Shown here: piece by piece, positions 1 to 4,759 of the stretch
How the letters are laid out: the number at the start of each line of letters is the position of its first letter
How positions within the stretch are numbered: position 1 is the stretch's first letter
Source of the DNA: Candidatus Auribacterota bacterium
GTDB taxonomy: Bacteria > Auribacterota > UBA6266
Direction of reading: 5' to 3'
NCBI GenBank assembly: GCA_023136205.1
Contig: JAGLRQ010000054.1
Coordinates: forward strand, 1-6,149
Length of the DNA stretch: 6,149 nt
Position numbers and translations under genes: made by a program
The notes under the pieces: generated by a model
The model's input: only the letters and a program-made list of their open reading frames with translations
Databases searched by the model: none
What the model was told of the DNA's origin: nothing

Positions 1-609
1 AAACTGTTGAATGCCCAGATACTTGTGAGCGGAGCGGTAACAGAATTTGCTGAAAGAAGTTCAGGGGGCGGGGCCGGCATTACAATAAAAGGGTTTTCTT
101 TTGGAGGCTCAGGCTCTTTTGCGCATGTTGCGGTTAATGTAAGGCTTTATGATGTGACCACCGGCCAGGTTATTGCATCAAAAAGGGTGGAAGGAAAGGC
201 CAAGTCCTCCGGCATGAGTATAGGCTATGCGCGTTCAGGCTGGGGAATTGGAACGTCCAATTTTAAAAAAGCGCCTCTTGGCAAAGCGACACAGGCTGCT
301 ATTGATGTGGCAATAGCATGGATTTGCGCTGAGCTTGAAAATGTTTCCTGGCAGGGAAAGGTTGTTACCGTAAAAGGAGAGGATGTTTATTTAAACTGTG
401 GCGCAGACTCAGGCGTTCAGGTTGGAGATGAGTTTGCCATATATTCGGTTGGGGAAGATTTGATTGACCCTGATACAGGTATCAGTTTGGGCTGCGAATC
501 GGAAAAGACTGGAAGAGTTCAGGTATATTCTGTTGAAGAAAAATTTTCCAAAGCCAAGATTATCGCGGGCGGAGGATTTGAGAGAGGATACCTGGTAAAA
601 CAGAGTTAA
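1..609 (+). CDS. CsgG-family outer-membrane assembly/secretion lipoprotein (5'-truncated by window edge) with an additional C-terminal beta-rich module
   Basis: Frame 1 is open from base 1 to TAA 607-609, so the TTG at 7 in the ORF track is an artefact and the gene starts upstream of the window. 'SGAVTEFAERSSGGGAGITIKGFSFGG...AHVAVNVRLYDVTTGQVIAS' matches, as I recall it, E. coli CsgG 'GSIIGYESNVKSGGVGARYFGIG...QIAVNLRVVNVSTGEILSS'. 'PLGKATQAAIDVAIAWI' matches the CsgG C-terminal helix region. From about W115 (nt ~349-606), 'GKVVTVKGEDVYLNCGADSGVQVGDEFAIY...GRVQVYSVEEKFSKAKI' is an ~85-aa extension absent from E. coli CsgG. Confidence 0.75.
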   Translation, partial: KLLNAQILVSGAVTEFAERSSGGGAGITIKGFSFGGSGSFAHVAVNVRLYDVTTGQVIASKRVEGKAKSSGMSIGYARSGWGIGTSNFKKAPLGKATQAAIDVAIAWICAELENVSWQGKVVTVKGEDVYLNCGADSGVQVGDEFAIYSVGEDLIDPDTGISLGCESEKTGRVQVYSVEEKFSKAKIIAGGGFERGYLVKQS

Positions 610-633
610 TACATCGTACTTTTTTACGTTTTC

Positions 634-1344
634 TCAAGTAAAAAACCGCAGCAGTAATCCTATGATAATAACGGGAATTGTTCCGATAATAAAATTAGCA
701 AAGCTTGATTTTAACCCGGTTGATTTTAACAAATATATTTCAGCTAATATAACCGGAACAATTGCCGGGTAAAAATCTCCAGGAACGGCAACCAACGTGA
801 GGATGATCCCTCTTGCCGCGACTCCAATGGCCTTTTCTTTTGTGTCCAATGGCTTGTAAATGTTTTTTAAATAGGTCATTCTGAAAGTATCGATAAAATA
901 TATAAAACCAAAAGTGACGGCGATATAAGAGATCGCGTAAATTATATAAATGTTATTATTGTAAATAGTATTGAGCGTTAGGTTTCGCATATTTGCTGAA
1001 ACAATGTTTTTTAGAGGTGTTAAAAAGATAATAGAATTTATTGTAAGGTGAGCTGACTGGTCAATTATAAAACCCAGAAAATGGTTTGCATTCTGTTTCT
1101 TATCTGTGCACACCAGTTTTGCCCAGTCGATCAAAGAATGTGTTATGCCTATAAATAGGCAGATTCCCCATACCCATATATTCTTATAGAAAGGCAGTAG
1201 AAGAACAAAAGACATTATTGCTACAATTGTTCCGTGAAAGATCCGCCCCCTCAACTTTCTTTTTTTCAGATTATAAATTTCTGAAGTCTGAAACGGAAAG
1301 TCAGCAAGGAAATGGGCAAGTGCAAGTCTTAGGAAAACAAACAT
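634..1344 (-). CDS. polytopic membrane protein with an N-terminal DUF3307-like His/Asp-motif region; function unknown
   Basis: ATG at 1344-1342 and TGA at 636-634 (minus strand). An AGGGG Shine-Dalgarno (1355-1351) lies 6 nt upstream of the ATG. The start overlaps the upstream gene's stop as TAATG. The 236-aa product is very hydrophobic, with roughly 6-7 predicted helices. Motifs 'LALAHFLADFPFQT', 'GITHSLIDW' and 'IIDQSAHL' fit my memory of the DUF3307 H-x3-DF-x2-Q / H-x3-D / DQ-x2-H pattern. The family assignment is from memory only. Confidence 0.65.
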   Translation of the reverse strand: MFVFLRLALAHFLADFPFQTSEIYNLKKRKLRGRIFHGTIVAIMSFVLLLPFYKNIWVWGICLFIGITHSLIDWAKLVCTDKKQNANHFLGFIIDQSAHLTINSIIFLTPLKNIVSANMRNLTLNTIYNNNIYIIYAISYIAVTFGFIYFIDTFRMTYLKNIYKPLDTKEKAIGVAARGIILTLVAVPGDFYPAIVPVILAEIYLLKSTGLKSSFANFIIGTIPVIIIGLLLRFFT

Positions 1345-2669
1345 TAAATACCCCTAAAAGATGAATATGATTTTAATGTGATATTTTCAGGTGAAGAAAC
1401 GTAATTTGTCCCAAAGTTTATATCGGGTTTTACTGATGAAATTTCGGATACTATTCTCTTTCCCGAGATTATGGCTTCGACAGTTATTGAACCGTCGGAA
1501 TAATATTTTTCCTTTACGACTTGGGCTCCTTTTACTATGCCTTCCACACTTTGTTTTATGACATCATTTGCTATTGCATAATCATTTAAAGTAGTCTTCG
1601 AGTCTATTACTGTTCCGTAGATTTTTTCCGCCAGCCTTCTGTAACCGTCAATCACAGCTGCTCTTCTTGTTGTAACCCTGGCCAGCGGCCCGAATTTACT
1701 TCCGTATTCTTTGAGTGTTATCCTTTGAACAGGTATTCTAACATAAGCTATTTTTTTATTGATTGCTTTTTCTATGACATCAAGCGCTATTTCTGCCTTA
1801 GCTGTTACCGTTCCCGATTCATTAGTGATACAAGCTGTGATTTTTGTGTTTAAGATTTCATCAAGAAGCTTTGAAGCTATCTCCGGGTCACAATACACTA
1901 TATCTGAAATAGTATTCTCATCGGAAATTTTTACCGAATAAATTTTCTCGCTTAAGTTAAAAAGAGCGGCGCTTTTAGCATTTTCTTTATTGTCCGCGGT
2001 TCCCTCACTGTAAACAGGTATTGCGCCTTTGATTTTTTCAATTTTTAATTTTCCGAGTATAGCTTCAGAGAGAACACCGGTTCCCCTCGCTCTTAGAGAT
2101 GCTGATTTCCATGGGGTTACTGCTACTTCCTTTAAAGGGGTTACCACAATACTTTTATCAGGTGAATCAAAGCTTGAGACCATTACATTGCTGTCAATTA
2201 CAGAAACGCGAGTATTAAGAATTTTTTTATCAGCACAAACAATGAAGCCTGTTCCCATTGCCCCGGCAACAGCCGAAGGGCCTTCAATATTTACGCGAAC
2301 ACCTTCCGGAAGCTTATTCAGTTTTGCCCCGATTGAACCGTTATAAAGTTTTATGCTCACAAGCTTGATAACCTTACCGCTTTCCAGAGTTTCAGGGTCT
2401 TCAAGAGCTTGAATTTTGATTTCAGTGTTTTCCATTATTCTGAATTTATTGTTTTTATCTATTTCAAGGTCTGCAAGAGACAGGGTCTCAGTGCGGATGG
2501 AACTTTCTTTTATGAGAGTCATTTCCGGTTTCAGCGCTTGCCAGACAGTTTTAGGAGGCTTGGTGTAACACACGTTGCCGGAAACATTAGTGGTTTTTAT
2601 CGTTCCTGAAAGTACAAGAGCAGGTGAAATTAAAGACAGTATTATGAAGAATAACAATAGCTTTTTCAT
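1344..2669 (-). CDS. secreted (periplasmic) FecR-domain protein with two tandem LPP20/FlgP-like repeats
   Basis: ATG at 2669-2667 and TAA at 1346-1344. AAGGGGAT Shine-Dalgarno at 2685-2678. The N-terminus 'MKKLLLFFIILSLISPALVLS|GT' looks like a Sec signal peptide and has no lipobox Cys. Residues ~28-180 are FecR-like: 'GNVCY...WQALKPEMTLIKESSIRTETLSLADLEI...NKFRIMENTEIKI...GSIGAKLNKLPEGVRVNIEGPSAVAGAMGTGFIV', compared with FecR 'G.v...W..a..g..l..gd.i.T...s.a.l......i.l.pnt.l......tp.a.a.vrGT.F.v'. Residues ~221-296 and ~326-402 are two LPP20-like units sharing 'L[SA]EKIY[SG]' and a colinear 'G[TS][VI]T..A.I' C-terminal strand. Confidence 0.8.
   Translation of the reverse strand: MKKLLLFFIILSLISPALVLSGTIKTTNVSGNVCYTKPPKTVWQALKPEMTLIKESSIRTETLSLADLEIDKNNKFRIMENTEIKIQALEDPETLESGKVIKLVSIKLYNGSIGAKLNKLPEGVRVNIEGPSAVAGAMGTGFIVCADKKILNTRVSVIDSNVMVSSFDSPDKSIVVTPLKEVAVTPWKSASLRARGTGVLSEAILGKLKIEKIKGAIPVYSEGTADNKENAKSAALFNLSEKIYSVKISDENTISDIVYCDPEIASKLLDEILNTKITACITNESGTVTAKAEIALDVIEKAINKKIAYVRIPVQRITLKEYGSKFGPLARVTTRRAAVIDGYRRLAEKIYGTVIDSKTTLNDYAIANDVIKQSVEGIVKGAQVVKEKYYSDGSITVEAIISGKRIVSEISSVKPDINFGTNYVSSPENITLKSYSSFRGI
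1351..1355 (-). promoter_or_regulatory. Shine-Dalgarno of the DUF3307-like gene, embedded in the 3' end of the upstream CDS
   Basis: The minus strand reads AGGGG TATTTA ATG, a 6-nt spacer. It sits inside the last codons of the FecR-LPP20 gene, consistent with the TAATG stop/start overlap and coupled translation. Confidence 0.6.
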
Positions 2670-2679
2670 AGTGTATTAT

Positions 2680-2684
2680 CCCCT
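2680..2684 (-). promoter_or_regulatory. Shine-Dalgarno of the FecR-LPP20 gene
   Basis: The minus strand reads AAGGGGAT ATAATACACT ATG. The AGGGG core is at 2684-2680, with a 10-nt spacer to the start at 2669. Confidence 0.55.
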
Positions 2685-2722
2685 TGGGTCTTTTTCTGCC
2701 AGCCCGCCATGCAGGAGAACTG

Positions 2723-2750
2723 ATTATAATTTCTCTTTTATATATGATAA
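2723..2750 (-). promoter_or_regulatory. candidate sigma70-type promoter for the minus-strand operon
   Basis: On the minus strand the -35 is TTATCA (2750-2745, 4/6 to TTGACA). A 16-nt spacer precedes a -10 of TATAAT (2728-2723, 6/6). This would give a ~45-50 nt leader to ATG 2669. It is a pattern match only, in AT-rich DNA where such matches arise by chance. Confidence 0.3.
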
Positions 2751-2821
2751 CGTTAAACATGGTGCCAGACAAGCAAATTTATATTAATCTGAGTTATTCT
2801 GTGTTAATCTTATATGTATAT

Positions 2822-4759
2822 ATGAAGAAGTCAAAAATATTAGTGATATGCTTAATAATACCGATTTTTTCTGCCCTTTCAGGGTATCTTTTTTGCCTTA
2901 CTCCTCCTATTCGTCACTTCAAGAATATTTTTTATGACTATATGATGAAAATGGGTGTGGGGGAAAATATTTCCGATACTATAAGAATAATTGTTGTTGA
3001 CGACCAGTCTGTTCAGCGCGGCGATAAATGGCCGTGGCCGTGGATTAATCATGCCGGGGTTTTAAATTTTTTGTCCCGGACAAATATTGCGGCGACCGGC
3101 GTTGATATAAGATTTGAATCACACGAGAGTCAGAACAAAGGCCTTGAGGCGCTTAAATATTGTACATCTCTTACAGGAAGAACTATCTTGCCCTATTATT
3201 TCAGAATGAAACAAGATGATAAAGGGATTTATTATAGGGACTATATCAAAGAGGAATCGGATGGGACTCTGGACAAGTACCGGCTGAATATTGTTAATGA
3301 TGATTTTGTAAATAAAATTTCCGAGGCAGAGAGTTATCAGCTTCCTGTTGCTGAACTGAGAGATTGCGGGTTACTGGGCTTTACCAATGCTCCCGGGGAA
3401 TCTGACGGCGTGGTTAGAAAAACGCCACTGCTTATAAAATATTCCGGGAATGTTTATCCTTCTTTTTCCCTCGTGCTTCTTTGCAGGTTCTTGAATAAAG
3501 AAATATCTGATATAAAAATTGAGAAAGGTGTTGTTTCTATCTCCGGCACCGACATAAAAATTCCTGTTGATAAATGCGGAAATTTGAGGATTAATTTTCG
3601 GGGTGGTTTAAAAGAATTTAAGGGAGATCCCGCGATACAGGTATTGAATTCAGACAAGCTGATGTCAGAGGGTAAAATCCCGGTTGTGCCTTTATCGGAT
3701 TATTCCGGAAAGATGGTTATTTACGGTGTTGGTATGACAGGCGGATACGATATAGGCCTTATTCCTATTTCTTCGGAGAAGTTACCGTTATTGCTTATCC
3801 ATGCCAATGCTTTGAATACAGTACTTTTAAAGGATTATATAAAGGAGCCTCCTTTCGTATGGAGATTGCTGATAGTTTTATTGCTTTCCGGTGCTATCGG
3901 TTTTATTCAACTTTCCTATAAGTCATGGTTTTATGTTACATGTTCGGTCGTTTTTATTGCGGGATTTATATTGGCTGCTTTCTGGTTTTTTATAAACCAT
4001 AATTTGTATATAGATATTGTTACTCCGTATACGGCCATGAGCATCTGTTTTGGAAGCGCTGTTATATACAAATATGTGGTTGAGTCAAAAGATAAAAAGT
4101 ATGTTAAGAAAATCCTTGGACGGTATATCTCAAATAATATAATGGAAATGCTTTTACGGGATCCCTCAAAATTGAACCTTCACGGTGAAAGGAAGGATAT
4201 TACCGTGTTGTTCGCCGATATTAAGGGGTTTACCCCTTATTGTGAGAAAAAAGCTCCTGAAGAGGTAGTCCCGGTGCTTAACGAATACCTGGACAGGATG
4301 ACCAGGGTTATACTTTTGCATGATGGGACATTTGATAAATATGTCGGTGATGAAATTATGGCTTTCTGGAATGCTCCGGTGGAACAAAAAGGCCACGCGA
4401 AATTTGCGGTTCTTGCCGCCCTTGATATGCTCGAAGAACTGAAGGCACTTCAGGGGGAATTTGTTGAAAAAGGGGTTGAGCCTATAGACATTGGAATTGG
4501 GATCAATAGCGGGCTTATGATGGTTGGAAATATGGGTTCAAGCCAGTTCTATGACTATACGGTTATCGGGGATAATGTAAATCTTGCATCGAGGGTTCAG
4601 GCGCTTACAAGGGAATATCCTTACAGGGTTATAATAACTGAGCCAACTTATAATTGTGTAAAGGATGATTTTGGGATAGACTTTTTAGATGAAGTTTCGG
4701 TAAAGGGCAAAGACAAAAAGGTTAGGGTGTATGGGGTTAAAGGGAAAAGAATTGACTGA
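2822..4759 (+). CDS. CHASE2 extracytoplasmic-sensor class III adenylate (nucleotidyl) cyclase, 4 TM helices
   Basis: The ORF is open from TTG 2684, but the preferred start is ATG 2822. That gives 'MKKSKILVICLIIPIFSALSGYLF', a positive N-terminus followed by TM1, as is typical for CHASE2 proteins. CHASE2 core: 'IRIIVVDDQSVQRGDKWPWPWINHAGVLNFL...ATGVDIRFE' (nt ~2906-3847). Three TM helices lie at nt ~3854-4072. The class III cyclase domain is at nt ~4193-4741: 'ITVLFADIKGFT', 'FDKYVGDEIMAFWNAP', 'IGIGINSG.MMVGNMGS', 'YDYTVIGDNVNLASRVQ'. Stop is TGA 4757-4759. The start codon is less certain than the product call because no Shine-Dalgarno precedes 2822. Confidence 0.9.
   Translation: MKKSKILVICLIIPIFSALSGYLFCLTPPIRHFKNIFYDYMMKMGVGENISDTIRIIVVDDQSVQRGDKWPWPWINHAGVLNFLSRTNIAATGVDIRFESHESQNKGLEALKYCTSLTGRTILPYYFRMKQDDKGIYYRDYIKEESDGTLDKYRLNIVNDDFVNKISEAESYQLPVAELRDCGLLGFTNAPGESDGVVRKTPLLIKYSGNVYPSFSLVLLCRFLNKEISDIKIEKGVVSISGTDIKIPVDKCGNLRINFRGGLKEFKGDPAIQVLNSDKLMSEGKIPVVPLSDYSGKMVIYGVGMTGGYDIGLIPISSEKLPLLLIHANALNTVLLKDYIKEPPFVWRLLIVLLLSGAIGFIQLSYKSWFYVTCSVVFIAGFILAAFWFFINHNLYIDIVTPYTAMSICFGSAVIYKYVVESKDKKYVKKILGRYISNNIMEMLLRDPSKLNLHGERKDITVLFADIKGFTPYCEKKAPEEVVPVLNEYLDRMTRVILLHDGTFDKYVGDEIMAFWNAPVEQKGHAKFAVLAALDMLEELKALQGEFVEKGVEPIDIGIGINSGLMMVGNMGSSQFYDYTVIGDNVNLASRVQALTREYPYRVIITEPTYNCVKDDFGIDFLDEVSVKGKDKKVRVYGVKGKRID

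Larger units (their letters stand above)
2670..2821. promoter_or_regulatory. divergent intergenic control region between the FecR-LPP20/DUF3307 operon (-) and the CHASE2-cyclase/GAF-PP2C operon (+)
   Basis: This 152-nt stretch lies between two divergent start codons (2669 and 2822), so it must hold both promoters. It contains the palindrome ATTATAAT (2723-2730), which reads TATAAT on both strands. It also contains a direct repeat TTAATCT at 2784-2790 and 2804-2810, 20 bp centre to centre. Confidence 0.5.

Noticed and set aside
620-645. Hairpin TTTTTTAC(620-627)/GTAAAAAA(638-645) between the convergent CsgG-like and DUF3307-like genes, as a bidirectional terminator
   Set aside because: The stem has 8 bp with only one G-C pair and a 10-nt loop, and it overlaps the end of the DUF3307-like CDS. 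It is too weak to call an intrinsic terminator. The smaller CGTA/TACG stem (615-628) is only 4 bp.
1759-2609. Plus-strand ORFs 1759-1941, 2029-2346 and 2409-2609 (60-105 aa)
   Set aside because: They lie entirely antisense to the well-supported FecR-LPP20 CDS. Their translations are low-complexity with no recognisable motifs and no Shine-Dalgarno. These are typical shadow ORFs.
2575-2787. ORFs 2575-2787 (+) and 2587-2772 (-) spanning the divergent intergenic region
   Set aside because: Both overlap the 5' end of the FecR-LPP20 gene and the promoter region. Their sequences look random, Cys/Arg/Phe-rich with no domain. They are more parsimoniously non-coding.
2798-2816. Possible cAMP-CRP site (TGTGT TAATCT TATAT) upstream of the cyclase gene
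   Set aside because: Only the left half resembles TGTGA. The right half lacks TCACA, so this is not a credible CRP box.
2684-2821. TTG 2684 as the cyclase start (691-aa version in the ORF track)
   Set aside because: It would place the start 15 nt from the divergent gene's ATG, on top of that gene's Shine-Dalgarno, leaving no room for promoters. The extra 46 aa have no counterpart in CHASE2 proteins, whereas M47 gives the canonical short basic N-terminus plus TM1.
4731-4759. Programmed frameshift fusing the cyclase to the GAF-PP2C protein in the 29-nt overlap
   Set aside because: A +1 shift would be needed. I see no canonical slippery heptamer or stimulatory structure: the zero frame reads GTT AAA GGG AAA AGA ATT GAC TGA. 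Both ORFs have their own plausible start and stop. An ordinary operon overlap is the simpler explanation.
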